Positions 1-11,144 of a stretch of 14,648 bases of DNA are shown here, one piece after another. The position numbers and the translations under genes are program-made. This DNA comes from a virus (lineage: Duplodnaviria > Heunggongvirae > Uroviricota > Caudoviricetes). The notes under the pieces are model-generated. The model did not search any database. It saw nothing but the letters and a program-made list of their open reading frames with translations, and was not told the origin of the DNA. The stretch is from IMG/VR virus record IMGVR_UViG_2548876863_000002; one strand, given 5' to 3'. Position 1 is the first letter of the stretch. Each line of letters begins with the position of its first letter.

Positions 1-52
1 TCCTGTTTACCTCTTTCTCAGGGAGTTTAGTCTCCAGGATTCCCGGGGCGGT

Positions 53-559
53 TCAGCTCATGTTGTTGGCGTATGTCTGCCCGGCGTTTGCCTGACCTTG
101 CAGCGCACCAAGCCCAACGTTTGCCAGATTGTTGTAATTGCTCATCTGATTTGATAACCAAGACTGACCGAGTGTCGGCGCGATCGTAGCCAGTTGATTG
201 CTTGTGGCTGTCGAACCAAGTCCACCCGTCGCCTCCGCAGCAGCAAGACTCTGGTAACGCGCCTGCCCTGCAAGGTCTTTATACTGCTGAGAGTTGTAAT
301 ACTGATTAAGTGCCTGCCCCTGACCTTCTAAACTGGAAAGGTTCTGAAGCTGGTTAACATACTGCTCCGCAAGAGGCGTGAACGGAGCAAGGTTTTTCAT
401 GATCGTCTGCCACTGCTGATTTTGCAGGTCTGCGGCATACTTCTGAGCTTCTGCTGCATATTTTGCGCTTTTATCAGAGTTGCCACCTTTCCCGCCTTTT
501 TCAGGGCAATAAGGTTCCTCACCGCGCAGTTTTCTGCCCAGTTTAAATGCATATAACAT
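53..559 (-). CDS. Ejection / internal virion protein, P22 gp7-like (168 aa)
   Basis: ATG at 559-557 preceded by GGGAGA 5 nt upstream. N-terminus MLYAFKLGRKLRGEE matches my memory of P22 gp7; position after the gp14-like gene fits the P22 order 26-14-7-20. C-terminal half is Q/N/G/A-rich. Shorter than the 229 aa I recall for P22 gp7. Confidence 0.6.
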   Translation of the reverse strand: MLYAFKLGRKLRGEEPYCPEKGGKGGNSDKSAKYAAEAQKYAADLQNQQWQTIMKNLAPFTPLAEQYVNQLQNLSSLEGQGQALNQYYNSQQYKDLAGQARYQSLAAAEATGGLGSTATSNQLATIAPTLGQSWLSNQMSNYNNLANVGLGALQGQANAGQTYANNMS

Positions 560-561
560 GG

Positions 562-1017
562 CTATCTCCCGTGATTCAGGAAGTCGATTAGTTCTTCGCG
601 TGTGGCGCTGTAAAACGTCACGTCATCCACGCCTTTGAAGTATTTCTTGATGGTTCCTACACGCTTAAGGCCAATCATTGCGCAGTACATCTGACCGTGG
701 CGGAATTTGCGTGCAGCGAACGATGTGACGCACTGAACGGTGGTGTTAGTCAGAATGTATTTCCAGAACTCCAGCCCGATTTCCTTGCTGAATCCACGAA
801 CCTCTGGCAGGTACATGGCGTGGCAATCGAATGTAAGCGGCTGAATCTCCTGATAGTAAACAATGCCGCCAAACTGACCGTGCACGTTAACCTCAAAGTA
901 ACGGCATTCAGGCTTGTAATCGTATCCATCACCGTTGTTGCTCCCGGCAATAATGTCAGGGTGATTTCCTACTGCTTCTATCAGGTCGATGTTTCGCGTT
1001 GGTTTGAACTGAATCAT
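562..1017 (-). CDS. P22 gp14-like protein (assembly factor for ejection proteins), 151 aa
   Basis: ATG at 1017-1015 overlaps the needle gene stop as TAATG. Assignment is by position between needle and gp7-like genes, not by recognised sequence. Confidence 0.55.
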   Translation of the reverse strand: MIQFKPTRNIDLIEAVGNHPDIIAGSNNGDGYDYKPECRYFEVNVHGQFGGIVYYQEIQPLTFDCHAMYLPEVRGFSKEIGLEFWKYILTNTTVQCVTSFAARKFRHGQMYCAMIGLKRVGTIKKYFKGVDDVTFYSATREELIDFLNHGR

Positions 1018-1865
1018 TACTGCTCCGCGATTATCTTGATGGTTGTGGCAGTAAACGCCGCACCATTTGACTGGATGGTTAACGTACTGCCATTTGTGGC
1101 AAGAAATCCGTCTTTATCCACGCTGAAGAACGTAGCTAACAGGATGTTGTCGGTTGTTGTCGCCGCATTACGACTGCTAACCAGTGTGTCAGGAACAGAG
1201 CCGGAAAAGGTTAGCTGCATTGACCTGTTGGCGGTTCCGCTGGGCCACGTCCCGACGATCGACAGCTTGAAGAACAAGGTTTTGTTCTCGTTGAACACAA
1301 CCATCTTGTTGTTAACGGTATCGAAGAATGGCGCTAATGTTCCTGATGACGGCGTGAGCGTTTTCAGCAGACTGACAAGGTTGGTCGGCGCTGTCGGGAT
1401 GGTTACAGATACGCCAGAGTAAACAACCTCTGACTTCTTGCGAGTAGTGGCATACTCCAGAGCATCGATGCGAGTTTCATGGTCTGAAAGCGTGTTTTGA
1501 ATGGCGACAACTTCATCCGTCAGGTAATCAATATCGTTTTCTGCTGTCGTTAATCGTGAGTCAAGGCTGACTATCGCCGCTTCTGCGTTAGTGATCCTTG
1601 TTTCGTGGTCCTGTATCTTCGCTTCAGCTGATGCCAGTCGAATTTCGTGATCAACCAGAATCACATCCTGCTCATCGTTCCTGACTTGTGCGTCATAAGC
1701 GCCCTGTCCGGCCTCGTTGGCCTTGTTAGCCACGTTACCAACATCAGTGCCCTGTGCGATAACGTAAAGCAGATACGACTGCGAGAAGATATTGCGTGGA
1801 AGAACTGATGTATCGAGCCGCGTAGCTTGGATGATTACCGGCACATTGAGATTCGAATCCGCCAT
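1017..1865 (-). CDS. Tail needle (P22 gp26 family) with C-terminal knob-type domain, 282 aa
   Basis: N-terminal ~60 aa ([43 protein letters not shown]...) match the conserved gp10-binding tip of P22 gp26. This is followed by a heptad-like coiled-coil segment with DHETRI repeated, then ~140 aa of Thr/Ser/Gly-rich beta-type sequence that the 233-aa P22 needle lacks. Start overlaps the gp10 stop as TAATG. Confidence 0.8.
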   Translation of the reverse strand: MADSNLNVPVIIQATRLDTSVLPRNIFSQSYLLYVIAQGTDVGNVANKANEAGQGAYDAQVRNDEQDVILVDHEIRLASAEAKIQDHETRITNAEAAIVSLDSRLTTAENDIDYLTDEVVAIQNTLSDHETRIDALEYATTRKKSEVVYSGVSVTIPTAPTNLVSLLKTLTPSSGTLAPFFDTVNNKMVVFNENKTLFFKLSIVGTWPSGTANRSMQLTFSGSVPDTLVSSRNAATTTDNILLATFFSVDKDGFLATNGSTLTIQSNGAAFTATTIKIIAEQ

Positions 1866-3283
1866 TACTCAATCCTTATCTGGCAGCCAGACAGAGTGAC
1901 TGGTGACTTCGTGATAACGCGCAATTTGAAGCCGACATTTTTCCTGATGCGCCCTACTCGTTTCCACAAAACGCGTTTGTCGTAAACGAACGGTTCATTC
2001 TGCTCAATCATCTGCTCACGTCCGTAATTGATGCCGTCAGTGGTTGCAGAGAGGAACAGTCGGTCGGCGTACTGCGCAACGCCAGTTGACGATTCAACCT
2101 CAAGGTCGAAAACTCTGGCGTTATCTGCTTTGAAGAGTGGAGTAAACAGCAGGTGTTCCTGCTGCTTGTCGTACTGGCTGCTGATATCGAACTGCAATTT
2201 CCCGGTCACGGACTCCAGCTTATCGCCGCACGTTATCTGATTGCCTTCGTAAATGAAGTCGATAGCGCGGTACACATCGTCATACAGGCCTGTTTTCAGC
2301 ACACACCATTGCGGACCATTGGCGCTTGAAGATGCGTCGTAAACAAGAACATGGCGCGGAAGGTGGATAATCAGCAGCTCATGCGCATCAAATCGCAGAG
2401 ACTCCATCACGCCATCAGCCAGTTCATCAGCAGTGTAGGAGCGTAGTATTTTCTCAATGCTCGCGCTGGCGATTGGTGATACCTGACCGGAGCCGATGAT
2501 ATACACAGACGGCGCACCTGTTGCCGGATTGCTGATGAACGCATAAGAATCAGCGAATGGCGTTTTGCAGTAAGTCCCGGCAATACCTTTCTGCACCATC
2601 AGCGATGGTTGTGCAACATACAAAGCGGCACCAACGGTGGTTGCACCAGTCAGGGAGAAATATTCAATCGTCGATGAACCAAAGCAGACGATGAAATCTC
2701 GCCATGTGCCGATACCGATTATTCCGTCAGGCTGTGATTCTGCCCGATATTGTGCGCTGTAGCGGTCAGGATGCGATTCGTCTTCAAGGTCAGTGATAAA
2801 CCATGAATCGGTGCCGTCTTTTGACCACGCATAACGCCCACGTAATCGCGTAATGTCGCGGACTGAGCCTAACTCATACTGCGTGAATCCGCTGTCTGCA
2901 GGCCAGTTTGAGACGGTTTTAACCGTGCCATCATAGCGATACTCGACCAGTTGACCATTAACGCCTACAGCCTGAGATGTCCGACCATGAGCCATTGATA
3001 CGCGACCACTTCCGGAAACATCACCGACTTCGCTTTCGCCCTTATACAGCTTGCCACCACACACGCGATAAACAGCATTCTGCGCCATGTTGTACTCGAC
3101 GCCTCGTGATACACCGTTCACATCAGAACGTTTGGCAATGCCCGGGAATGAGCGAAGATATCCGCTGCTGTTCAGGATTTCTTTGGGTGTAGCCAACATA
3201 TTCACTGGCAGATAGTCGATATAGTCGGCGTTTCGAAAGTCTTTGCCGACACCTTTCATAAGCGGAAGTTGCTGAATCGGCAT
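1865..3283 (-). CDS. Tail accessory factor gp10 (472 aa)
   Basis: Length equals P22 gp10 (472 aa) and it sits between gp4 and the needle. ATG at 3283-3281 directly abuts the gp4 stop. Confidence 0.8.
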   Translation of the reverse strand: MPIQQLPLMKGVGKDFRNADYIDYLPVNMLATPKEILNSSGYLRSFPGIAKRSDVNGVSRGVEYNMAQNAVYRVCGGKLYKGESEVGDVSGSGRVSMAHGRTSQAVGVNGQLVEYRYDGTVKTVSNWPADSGFTQYELGSVRDITRLRGRYAWSKDGTDSWFITDLEDESHPDRYSAQYRAESQPDGIIGIGTWRDFIVCFGSSTIEYFSLTGATTVGAALYVAQPSLMVQKGIAGTYCKTPFADSYAFISNPATGAPSVYIIGSGQVSPIASASIEKILRSYTADELADGVMESLRFDAHELLIIHLPRHVLVYDASSSANGPQWCVLKTGLYDDVYRAIDFIYEGNQITCGDKLESVTGKLQFDISSQYDKQQEHLLFTPLFKADNARVFDLEVESSTGVAQYADRLFLSATTDGINYGREQMIEQNEPFVYDKRVLWKRVGRIRKNVGFKLRVITKSPVTLSGCQIRIE

Positions 3284-3784
3284 TTATTCGCTCCCGTTAT
3301 CGCAAGGTTCCTTCCGGTGGAAGTAATTCCAACCGTTCCACTTCGCCAACTGATTACCGCTACCAACAGGCATACGGTTTGGATAACCGGACTTACATTT
3401 TGCGGCTTTTGCTCTGTCCATTGCAGACAGTTTGACGAGTCGCTCTTTCCCGTATCTGGCAGTGGTTATAAGTTTTGCAGACGCTTCCAGCGCATAATCC
3501 GGAGCAATGCGGCAGGCAAGGTTGAAAATGACGGCATTGATAGCGTTATTTGATAAACCGTGTTTATCGCCAGGATCTGGAGCGACATCTGCATCAGCGA
3601 AAATGTAGCCAACGTTGATACCTGGTGACGCATCACCGCCAAGCCATTCAGCCATCATCATTTCAAGGTCGTTAACGCCGTCTTCCATAGACTGCGGTTC
3701 GACATCGGTTAACGTGGCATTTGATGCCACACCGAGCTTACGTAATGCCGCAAGAACTAAATCACCCTTCGTTGTCAGGTTCAT
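3284..3784 (-). CDS. Tail accessory factor gp4 (head-to-tail adaptor), 166 aa from internal ATG
   Basis: The open frame runs to 3847 (187 aa), but the ATG at 3784-3782 has AAGG 9 nt upstream and gives 166 aa, the P22 gp4 length. The [34 protein letters not shown]-terminus resembles P22 gp4 from memory. Confidence 0.7.
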   Translation of the reverse strand: MNLTTKGDLVLAALRKLGVASNATLTDVEPQSMEDGVNDLEMMMAEWLGGDASPGINVGYIFADADVAPDPGDKHGLSNNAINAVIFNLACRIAPDYALEASAKLITTARYGKERLVKLSAMDRAKAAKCKSGYPNRMPVGSGNQLAKWNGWNYFHRKEPCDNGSE

Positions 3785-3986
3785 CTGCTGCCGCCTTAGG
3801 TTTTCGACCAGGCTTTTTACGCTGTTTTTCTTCTGGCTCTGCAACATCCTTCAAAAGGTCATCAGGATGTGAAAACCAGCCAGCATCCAGATATTCCTGA
3901 AGCTCTTCGGCTTTCACGATTTCAAAGTCGTATCCAACGCCTTTCCATTTCTTCATGTCTCCATGACGAAAGATCATGTGTGTCAT
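3762..3986 (-). CDS. Small hypothetical protein between coat and gp4 (74 aa, basic C-terminus)
   Basis: The track ORF 3762-4034 begins with GTG overlapping the coat stop. The first ATG (3986-3984) has GGAGA 5 nt upstream and lies just after the coat terminator. Product [16 protein letters not shown]...[22 protein letters not shown] small ORF at this position is known in P22-like phages. Confidence 0.45.
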   Translation of the reverse strand: MTHMIFRHGDMKKWKGVGYDFEIVKAEELQEYLDAGWFSHPDDLLKDVAEPEEKQRKKPGRKPKAAADEPDNEG

Positions 3987-3998
3987 GCTTGTCTCCAG

Positions 3999-4022
3999 AT
4001 AAAAAAGGGAGCCGAAGCTCCC
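3999..4022 (-). terminator. Intrinsic terminator immediately after the coat gene
   Basis: Minus-strand RNA GGGAGC-UUCG-GCUCCC (6-bp GC-rich stem, UUCG tetraloop) followed by UUUUUUAU, 8 nt after the coat stop (TGA at 4033-4031). Confidence 0.6.
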
Positions 4023-4030
4023 TCTGGTTA

Positions 4031-5326
4031 TCACGCGGTCTGGTTAGGCAGACCAACACCAATTGCCTCTGGTCGTACAGCACATGCTGAATACCACACA
4101 GCAATACGGCACTTACCAGACAGAGTGTTGATATCACCCTGCGTTGCGAAGATGCCGTTAACACCAATACCAGGAATGCTGAAGGAAGACGTTTTCATGC
4201 CAGCAAACAGTTCATGGGTTACCGGGATCGGCTGAGACAGAAGGCGGATTGAGTCATCAGCCCAGAACACGTTAGCGGTGGTTGTTGCCACGTTCAGAAC
4301 GTTTACCGGAGTGGTATCAGCAAGAGAGGTGTTTACGTTAGCGTAAGCCTTCTCTTCTTTTGTCAGTGACGCGTCATCCAGTGCAATCGGTTTCGGCGTG
4401 ATTTCGATGTGAGTACCATCGATCACACGGGTGATTGAGAAAGTAGCATCATCAGTCAGCACGTTCTTCGCCATCTGAGACAGGAATTTCACACCAGTGA
4501 AACTGATTTTGTCGCCGCGCTTAAATCCGGTGGTGGAGGATACGGTCACCGTTGCAACACGGTTGTCGACGTTCTCTTTGTTACCATCGGTATCAAGGGT
4601 GTATGCCTGCGGCTTAAACTTCTGCGCACCAGAAACAGTTACACCAGTAGCGGTTGACTTGGTAACTGCCGGAAGTTTCGGTGAGCGAAGAATTTCATCA
4701 AAGCCAGCAATCTGACGCTGAATAGTACCGTTGCGATACGCTTCTTCAGGAACGCGCCCGAAGATGTCACCATCTACCAGGTTGCGGCCTGCTTTACGGT
4801 AATCGTCAGGGTTCAGGAAGTAACTGATGCCCATATCGCGGTTTAGCTCACGGGAGAACATCAGGCGCTCTGCATCAGACACAAAATCCCAGCCAGACAG
4901 GCCAGTAGATGGACCAATTGCGCGGGTATCGTGAACAACAAGCGAGCCCATTTCAGTTGCCTGTTTGGCAATCGCTGACTCAATGTTATTCGCCAGTTTT
5001 TTGGCGGATGCTTGGATGCGGCGACGGTAAGAACGCTCATCACGCAGGTCATCTGCACGAAGCTCGAAGAAATCGTTATCCGGATCGCCCATGTTGCATT
5101 TCACGGAGAGTTCCAGAATCCCGGTTGCGTTGCCAGTTAAATCCCAGCCAGTCTGGGTTGGCGCTTCCTGCTCAACAGGCATCCACACGGTGTTGCTTGA
5201 ACGCTGCATGGATTCTGCCGGAGGGGTGTATTTTGTCACTTTTGACGCCATTGGCGTCAGGTTCTGGACGGTTTCGATGATTTCATCCAGAGCATACGTG
5301 ACCAGTTGACCTTCATTTAATGCCAT
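4031..5326 (-). CDS. Major capsid (coat) protein, P22 gp5 family (431 aa)
   Basis: Full-length similarity to P22 coat protein as I recall it (MALNEGQ... ...[14 protein letters not shown]), diverged. ATG at 5326-5324 overlaps the scaffold stop as TAATG; AAGGA 8 nt upstream. Confidence 0.9.
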   Translation of the reverse strand: MALNEGQLVTYALDEIIETVQNLTPMASKVTKYTPPAESMQRSSNTVWMPVEQEAPTQTGWDLTGNATGILELSVKCNMGDPDNDFFELRADDLRDERSYRRRIQASAKKLANNIESAIAKQATEMGSLVVHDTRAIGPSTGLSGWDFVSDAERLMFSRELNRDMGISYFLNPDDYRKAGRNLVDGDIFGRVPEEAYRNGTIQRQIAGFDEILRSPKLPAVTKSTATGVTVSGAQKFKPQAYTLDTDGNKENVDNRVATVTVSSTTGFKRGDKISFTGVKFLSQMAKNVLTDDATFSITRVIDGTHIEITPKPIALDDASLTKEEKAYANVNTSLADTTPVNVLNVATTTANVFWADDSIRLLSQPIPVTHELFAGMKTSSFSIPGIGVNGIFATQGDINTLSGKCRIAVWYSACAVRPEAIGVGLPNQTA

Positions 5327-6237
5327 TATCGAATTCCTTTATTCAGTTGCGCCTTGAGCTTGCGGTATGTCTCTACATCCCCTTTGTTTGCTGCCGCTTC
5401 CATCTGCCTTTCAATCGCAGAGATATTTGCAGCAACAGCGTGTCCATGAATGGGTTCATCAGGTAACGGGGCTTCTGAAACAGGCTTGGCTCGAGGCTTG
5501 AGAGTTAAACGTTCTGACAGTCGAGTGAGTTCAATCAGCGCGGATTGCCCGTCCATCGCCAGCAACTGGCGTGTTTTCTCAGGATTAGCACCAAGGTGAT
5601 ACATGAGAGCGGCGGATTTCTCCGGGAAGAGGCGCATGATGTCGGCACCGACTGCTGGCGGCACCAGTTGCATGAATGCATCCTCTTTCTCCTGATAGTC
5701 AGGGATATTGAGCTTTTCCGCTGCGTCGTAGTGCTTACGGGCTGCCTCGACGTATTGCGCTGATTGCTGGGTGAACTCCTGAGTTTTGCGACCCTGCTCG
5801 GCGACAGCCTGGCTTCGTGCGTCCATAGCCTTGATCTGCCATTCACTGTTTGCCTGCTGGAAGGCGGCCAGTGCGCGGCTCTGGTCATAGTCGTACTTAG
5901 CCAGTGCATCTTCGGAAAGATAATCGTTAGGGTCTGGTTGTTTTGGTAACTCAGGGTTCACCCGCAGGTGCTCCGGCAATTCTCCACGCTTAACCGCTTC
6001 CATCTGCTGCTCAAGCTCACGCTGGCGTTTGCGTTCGATGCGGCGACGGGCAAATTCAGCATTAGTTGCCGGGTCTTGTTTTGGTTTCTCATCGTCTTTC
6101 AGGACAATCTCGAAGCCTTCTTCCTGACCTGCGCTGTCGTTGGCATTATCGACAACTAAGCCATCAGCAGATGCCGCTGCATGATTGCCGGGCAGGGTTA
6201 ATTCTTCAGAAGCCTGAATGTCGGTGGTTTGGTCCAT
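5326..6237 (-). CDS. Scaffolding protein, P22 gp8 family (303 aa)
   Basis: 303 aa, the P22 gp8 length, with long identical stretches ([26 protein letters not shown]; [71 protein letters not shown]). GAGAGAG precedes the ATG. Confidence 0.9.
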   Translation of the reverse strand: MDQTTDIQASEELTLPGNHAAASADGLVVDNANDSAGQEEGFEIVLKDDEKPKQDPATNAEFARRRIERKRQRELEQQMEAVKRGELPEHLRVNPELPKQPDPNDYLSEDALAKYDYDQSRALAAFQQANSEWQIKAMDARSQAVAEQGRKTQEFTQQSAQYVEAARKHYDAAEKLNIPDYQEKEDAFMQLVPPAVGADIMRLFPEKSAALMYHLGANPEKTRQLLAMDGQSALIELTRLSERLTLKPRAKPVSEAPLPDEPIHGHAVAANISAIERQMEAAANKGDVETYRKLKAQLNKGIR

Positions 6238-6250
6238 GATTAACTCTCTC

Positions 6251-8416
6251 TTATTGAGGTGTCTCGGCTACTCCGCCGGAGGGGATTTGAACTTGACGCA
6301 TAAGATTCGCGAAATCCATGCGTTGTGAATGAGTCTGGTCTGCATCTTTAAGAAGCAGCTCAGCGTTAGCACGAGCATCTTTGCTGCGCTGTTGCTGGAA
6401 TTGACCTACGAGCTTGAGGTACTCACGCAGTTCTGCCTGCTTGTCGAGGTCCATATTGTTGAAGATTTCCGCAATCTTCGCGGCGTTGAGTTGGTTTTGG
6501 GCTTCAACCTTGGCGGCTTCAACCTGAATCTGCGCCTGTTGGTTCTCTGCCTTGAGCAATTCAGCCTGACCTTGCAGAAGGATACCCTGCGCCTGAATTT
6601 GCTCTGCTGATGGCTGCTGCGGCTGCTGTTGAGCCTGCTGTACCATCTCCATCTCTTCAGGTGTTTCTGGTTTCTTCAGCCCCATCATCACCAGTTGCTT
6701 GTTCGCGTACTCTCGCATCATCTCGACGCCTTTACCATCAAGCAGCGTGAAGTATTGCAGCATCAGCATCTGGAACTCTGGAGTACCTTGTGGAACCTTG
6801 GTGAGTAACTCCTGAATCTCTGCGCGGTTCTGTTCCTTCATACTCTGGAAGGATGGTCCAACGTCCGTATAGCACTCATAGCGACCGCGAATGTCGTTGA
6901 GTGTGACCACATTGCCGGACTGGTAATCGACAACTTGCGCATAGAGTTGAACGTCTTTCTCGCTTCCATCTTCAAGTGTCAGCGTTACATGACGAGGAAC
7001 GTCATAAATATCGTTGACCATTGAGGCATAAATCTCGCCATCACGTCGCATTGCGGTAGCCAGGTTATCCTGAAACACGTATGTCTCAAGGTCTGCCCGC
7101 ATGTTCAGTTGATTGACGGTATCGAAAGCGACCTGAGAGTTTGCTGCCTGCGCATCCACACCAAGACTAGCCACCTCTTTCACTGCGTTGGTGGCAGCCT
7201 CAAGCATGTAAGCGTTGGCTTGCGGCACTTCAGGGTTTTCCATGTAGGAGATTGGACCAATCGGCAGGTCGTTACCGTTTTCATCGGTCCTGTTCTGCAG
7301 ATAGTACGGATAGTCATCATTTCCACCGTACATGTATTCGTAGCCTTCGATTTGCTCAGGGAAGAAAGTCGGTTTCTTCTTCGGTGAACGAGCAACAATA
7401 TCGGCGTTGAATGACATGATCATGTTACGAAGGCGTTGACCGTCTTTCGTCAGCCTTACCACTCCTTCGTAGCACTCCTTGTCACCAGCGAATGACCATT
7501 CGCCATATACTGGAACGATTGGAATATGCTCTCCGGCTATCTTCTCGCGGTCTTTCAGTATCTGCGTGCAGGTGATGATCGACTTATACACACGCCGACG
7601 CTTGACCTTACGCTCTGCTACCTTAATGAATCCACGATTAGCCAGGTCATCGATGACGTCTTTGATATCCTGCTGGTAATAGCTGACCGGCTCACCTGTC
7701 AGCGGGTCGCGGTAGATGAAGACTTTCTCTTTCTTCTCTTCGACCTCGTAATACTCAGCGACGTAGACGACATCATTCGATACCCACGGAAACAGCCATG
7801 TATCGTTCGGATTCTGGAAAGATGGCAGCGTGTCAGGATCAATGCCGTAATCCTCTGCGAACTCTTTCCAACCATTGCGTGACAAGGCGTTAATCACCGT
7901 GCAGTGCTTGGCGTCGCTCTTATCCATCTGCTTGCTGTTGGCATCCCATATGACGTGTGAGCAGGCTTCATGGATTGGAAGGCGTCGGATTACCTGATTG
8001 TTGCTTGTTGGGTCGTTGTCTTCGTACTGCGTGAGCAGACGCCATGCACCAACGCCGGACTCTATCTGCTCACGAACTCCAACGTTAACGGCAATCTTTG
8101 CCGTGTTATGGCGCATATCAGTACGATACATTCCCATCAACACATCGGCTGCATCAGGATTAGCACCGTCTTTTGGTCGGAAGAGAACGTCGATAGGGTT
8201 CCGGCGCATCTCTGCGACCAGCTTCCTGACCACCGGGCGGACAACATCGAATTGTCCGCGATATTGCAGGGTGGTGTAGTTTGATAGCCAGTCATCCCAT
8301 TGCGACACTCGGCTAAAATACAGGTCATTTGTCGCCTCGGTTCTGGCTTCATCGCTCGCCATCCAGTCTGCGTCAAACTTACACAGAATGGAATTGAGTC
8401 TGTTTTCGTCGGCCAT
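6251..8416 (-). CDS. Portal protein, P22 gp1 family (721 aa)
   Basis: 721 aa with extensive similarity to P22 portal, including the Q-rich C-terminal helical segment. ATG at 8416-8414 directly follows the terminase stop. Confidence 0.9.
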   Translation of the reverse strand: MADENRLNSILCKFDADWMASDEARTEATNDLYFSRVSQWDDWLSNYTTLQYRGQFDVVRPVVRKLVAEMRRNPIDVLFRPKDGANPDAADVLMGMYRTDMRHNTAKIAVNVGVREQIESGVGAWRLLTQYEDNDPTSNNQVIRRLPIHEACSHVIWDANSKQMDKSDAKHCTVINALSRNGWKEFAEDYGIDPDTLPSFQNPNDTWLFPWVSNDVVYVAEYYEVEEKKEKVFIYRDPLTGEPVSYYQQDIKDVIDDLANRGFIKVAERKVKRRRVYKSIITCTQILKDREKIAGEHIPIVPVYGEWSFAGDKECYEGVVRLTKDGQRLRNMIMSFNADIVARSPKKKPTFFPEQIEGYEYMYGGNDDYPYYLQNRTDENGNDLPIGPISYMENPEVPQANAYMLEAATNAVKEVASLGVDAQAANSQVAFDTVNQLNMRADLETYVFQDNLATAMRRDGEIYASMVNDIYDVPRHVTLTLEDGSEKDVQLYAQVVDYQSGNVVTLNDIRGRYECYTDVGPSFQSMKEQNRAEIQELLTKVPQGTPEFQMLMLQYFTLLDGKGVEMMREYANKQLVMMGLKKPETPEEMEMVQQAQQQPQQPSAEQIQAQGILLQGQAELLKAENQQAQIQVEAAKVEAQNQLNAAKIAEIFNNMDLDKQAELREYLKLVGQFQQQRSKDARANAELLLKDADQTHSQRMDFANLMRQVQIPSGGVAETPQ

Positions 8417-9916
8417 TTAAGTTCTCCGTGCGATGGGCCTGATTGGGGCTGGTATCTTTTTCTCTTTTGGTTTTTTGATGTCGCGCATCATTTTTGCGAA
8501 GCGGCGCATCATGTATGCATAGCGAACGGCTGAGAGAACGTCGTCGTTAAGCTTGACGATCTTCCCGTTTTCATCACGGTGATAGAGGCGGAACTCCTCA
8601 AAGAATGGCTCACAGGTGTTGAATACTTTGAAGCGACCATCAAGCATCATGTCGCGCAATTCAGTGATGCCAGGCTCAACAGCATTACCGCCATCAGGCC
8701 ATGTCGCATGCTCCTGCAACATCATAAATCCAGCGTCTGCATACTGCCCTTTGAGCTGCTCACCGCCACCCTTCTCGTGCTGGTTTCCGTCATGAGGCCA
8801 TGCGGTTGGCACTTTATGCGCCCATGATTTAACTGCTCCCCACGCCTGAACGGCTGTCTTTTCTTTCGCCTTCCACACGCGTGAAACGTAGATTGTGTCT
8901 GCGTCCTTATCCCACCAAAGCTGAACCTGCGCCTGCGGGTGATCCCATCCGAAATCCATACCGCCAATTACGTAGAAGTGATCAGGACACTCGAACGGCT
9001 GACACTTAATCGTCTCTTCCGGTATCTGGAAGATTCGACCACTACCCATCGTAGGAATACCGCGAGCACGCGCCTCTCTCTCATGCTCAGGATAGGATGC
9101 GATGATTTGCTCTTTCTGCTCGTCGGTATAGTGCTCAGCGTCATAGATGGTCATGTTGACCACTTTCTGCGACTTGCTGGGATTCTTCAGGAACTTGGTA
9201 ACAACGTCAGACATCCCCATCAGCGGGGTAAACGTCAGGATTGAGAATTGCCCGTATTTGTTGGTACGGGTAAGCCCTTCGCCATAAATGCTGTATGGTG
9301 GTTCTTCGTCAAACCACACTCCGTGGATTGTGTCACCCTGCCAGCGAGCACGACCTTGCGAGTATGGCTTGAAGTAGCAGATTGAAATGCCATCTTCAAC
9401 GCCATCAGCCGTGTGATGCTTAACCAGAAGGTGATCAACAAGGTTCGGAAAGAAAGGAGACTTCTTCCAGCTAATGATGTCCTCTTTCGGTATTGAACCG
9501 TAGCCCGGTTCATCATTCTCTTCAATACGACCGCACAGGATGCGTTGAGTCGTTTTGGTTACCGTCTCGTTTGTCTCGCCACCAATCCAGAAGACAACAG
9601 GCTCATAGAAACGCTTACCTTTCCACTCCCCACCATATTTACCATCAGCAGGATATCCTTTTGTGCCCGGATAACGCCCGGTAAGGTGAAATGCGACTTC
9701 AGCAGCACCAGTAAATGACTTACCAAGCTGGTTACCAGCCATAAAACAGCGCTCTGGATAGTCATGCCCGGCGTCGATGAACTCACGCTGTTTGCTGTAT
9801 GGCGTAAATTCATATAGCAGGTGTGTGTTCCGGTAGTTCTCTTCTTCTTCGAGTAGCTCGAGCAATTCGATTTGCTCTTCGTCGCTCAAGTTATCAAGAA
9901 TCGCGTCCAGTTCCAC
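8417..9916 (-). CDS. Terminase large subunit, P22 gp2 family (499 aa)
   Basis: 499 aa, matching the P22 TerL length. The start codon at 9916-9914 is GTG, the first start after the upstream stop, with AAGGAG 10 nt upstream; it overlaps the small-terminase 3' end by 23 nt. Confidence 0.88.
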   Translation of the reverse strand: MELDAILDNLSDEEQIELLELLEEEENYRNTHLLYEFTPYSKQREFIDAGHDYPERCFMAGNQLGKSFTGAAEVAFHLTGRYPGTKGYPADGKYGGEWKGKRFYEPVVFWIGGETNETVTKTTQRILCGRIEENDEPGYGSIPKEDIISWKKSPFFPNLVDHLLVKHHTADGVEDGISICYFKPYSQGRARWQGDTIHGVWFDEEPPYSIYGEGLTRTNKYGQFSILTFTPLMGMSDVVTKFLKNPSKSQKVVNMTIYDAEHYTDEQKEQIIASYPEHEREARARGIPTMGSGRIFQIPEETIKCQPFECPDHFYVIGGMDFGWDHPQAQVQLWWDKDADTIYVSRVWKAKEKTAVQAWGAVKSWAHKVPTAWPHDGNQHEKGGGEQLKGQYADAGFMMLQEHATWPDGGNAVEPGITELRDMMLDGRFKVFNTCEPFFEEFRLYHRDENGKIVKLNDDVLSAVRYAYMMRRFAKMMRDIKKPKEKKIPAPIRPIARRT

Positions 9917-10382
9917 GGTTGAATAGCTCCTTGATACGAGAGCGCCGCTTATCGCGATCTCCCTTATCAGGTGTCACGTCTTCAACTTGCGACTGCTCTT
10001 TGATGCCCAAATCACGGGCGATGATGTTAGCGTTGAGAAGGTCAGCGGCTGCGCCAGAGAATTTCTGGTCGTAGATGATGTCTTCCGCTCGCGATGTGAC
10101 GTCAGAAAAACCTTCCATTGACCGGAAGGTTCCCCACGTTTGCCTGGTGATATCAAGGAAGGTACACAATCCTGAAATAGTCATGGCTCGCATCTTAGGG
10201 ACATTAGCCTTAATTATTTCTCCCTGATATGAAAATACCTTACCCTCCCATAGTGGGTTATCATCAGCCCACTCGAAGTATTCACAACAAGCAGCCCACA
10301 GCGCCTCAGGCGATTCGAATTTAGGATTTCGCCCATGACTACTGCGGGCCTCCCAAAATCGGTTGCCCTTTGGTGCTGCCAT
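9894..10382 (-). CDS. Terminase small subunit, P22 gp3 family (162 aa)
   Basis: The track ORF starts [11 protein letters not shown] at 10388. The second ATG (10382-10380) gives 162 aa, the P22 gp3 length, and has AAGTGAG 6 nt upstream. Confidence 0.85.
   Translation of the reverse strand: MAAPKGNRFWEARSSHGRNPKFESPEALWAACCEYFEWADDNPLWEGKVFSYQGEIIKANVPKMRAMTISGLCTFLDITRQTWGTFRSMEGFSDVTSRAEDIIYDQKFSGAAADLLNANIIARDLGIKEQSQVEDVTPDKGDRDKRRSRIKELFNRGTGRDS
10094..10115 (-). other. Candidate pac (packaging initiation) site inside the small-terminase gene
   Basis: Minus-strand GAAGGTTTTTCTGACGTCACAT lies about 265-286 nt into the gene, the position of the P22 pac site, and matches the P22 pac sequence I recall (GAAGACTTATCTGAGGTCGTTA) at 14 of 22 positions. 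Part of that similarity may be coding conservation. Confidence 0.4.
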
Positions 10383-10417
10383 ATTCATCTCACTTAGTTG
10401 TCATTTCAGGTTGAGCA

Positions 10418-10660
10418 TCATGCTCCGGTGGTGAACAGGTCTAACGCTTCCTTCGATTTACGCACCGCTTCGATAGTGCGGGTCGTGATATCTGAATTAG
10501 CGCCGCCTGACTGGAAGTGAATTTTGAATAGCTCAAGCTTCAGCTCGTCAGTGCCAATGAACTGAAATGCTTCCTCTGCGGCTTCGTTCTGGTTCATGAC
10601 CAGTTTGTAAATCTCTAACTGGAATTTCTGTTCTTCAGTCATAGGAATAATCTCTGCCAT
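10418..10660 (-). CDS. Hypothetical protein (80 aa) immediately upstream of the small-terminase gene
   Basis: ATG at 10660-10658 with GGAG 6 nt upstream. P22 has an 80-codon ORF at this position. Acidic, helical-looking product; function unknown. Confidence 0.55.
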   Translation of the reverse strand: MAEIIPMTEEQKFQLEIYKLVMNQNEAAEEAFQFIGTDELKLELFKIHFQSGGANSDITTRTIEAVRKSKEALDLFTTGA

Positions 10661-10681
10661 TGTTGGCTCCGTTTATCCGTT

Positions 10682-10707
10682 AAAAGGGATATCAGTTAAG
10701 ATATCCC
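10682..10707 (-). terminator. Hairpin / weak intrinsic terminator between the 126-aa and 80-aa genes
   Basis: Perfect inverted repeat GGGATATC-(6 nt)-GATATCCC; on the minus-strand RNA it is followed by UUUUAACGG (only four U). Confidence 0.4.
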
Positions 10708-10763
10708 GTGTAGGGTATAAGCCATTATCAAAGCCACTCTGTAGGGAATGGCTTTTGTAATAA

Positions 10764-11144
10764 CTACTGTTCGCTTAGCTTCTGCTTCAGCAAGTAACCT
10801 TCGAGCATCCAGATTTTGTTTACAGCATTTTGCCGGGCAATCTTCCGACCAATTTCTGCATCAAAGTTTTCCGGGCTTGCACAGGCACTCTCTCCGGTGA
10901 CGGTGAAGCCATTCTTCAGCACCAGTACGCAGAAAGTGAGCAACTTCAATGGTGATAAATCACGATCGCCTTCTTCTGGTTTTTCCCTGCCACAATATTC
11001 GTTGCTGGAAATGGCACCATTTCGTCCATCATAAGCAGTAAAGTAATGCTCGCTTTTAATCACGTCTTCGATGTGCTGCGGAGTGATTCTCGGAGCGGTT
11101 TTGCCTTTCTCAACGATTTCTTTTTCGATTTGCTGGTCGTTCAT
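10764..11144 (-). CDS. Hypothetical phage protein (126 aa)
   Basis: ATG at 11144-11142 with a weak AGGG-type ribosome-binding site. Product MNDQQIEKEIVEKGKTAPRITPQHIEDVIKSEHYFTAYDG...NGFTVTGESACASPENFDAEIGRKIARQNAVNKIWMLEGYLLKQ. Not recognised with confidence. Confidence 0.55.
   Translation of the reverse strand: MNDQQIEKEIVEKGKTAPRITPQHIEDVIKSEHYFTAYDGRNGAISSNEYCGREKPEEGDRDLSPLKLLTFCVLVLKNGFTVTGESACASPENFDAEIGRKIARQNAVNKIWMLEGYLLKQKLSEQ

Noticed and set aside
1-52. Start of the downstream gp20-like gene inside the window
   Set aside because: No ATG, GTG or TTG on the minus strand in 1-52; only a possible AAGAGG ribosome-binding site near the edge, so the start must lie beyond position 1.
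697-1422. 241-aa plus-strand ORF
   Set aside because: Lies entirely antisense to the gp14-like and needle genes, has no ribosome-binding site and its product is not recognisable; typical antisense-frame artefact.
3284-3847. The longer 187-aa version of gp4
   Set aside because: The upstream ATG lacks a properly spaced ribosome-binding site and would overlap most of the small ORF; the internal ATG gives the expected 166 aa.
4909-5280. Plus-strand ORFs inside the coat, scaffold, portal and terminase genes (for example 4909-5280, 5545-5763, 7526-7882, 7970-8284, 8939-9244)
   Set aside because: All antisense to well-supported structural genes, Cys/Arg-rich, low-complexity translations; no independent support.
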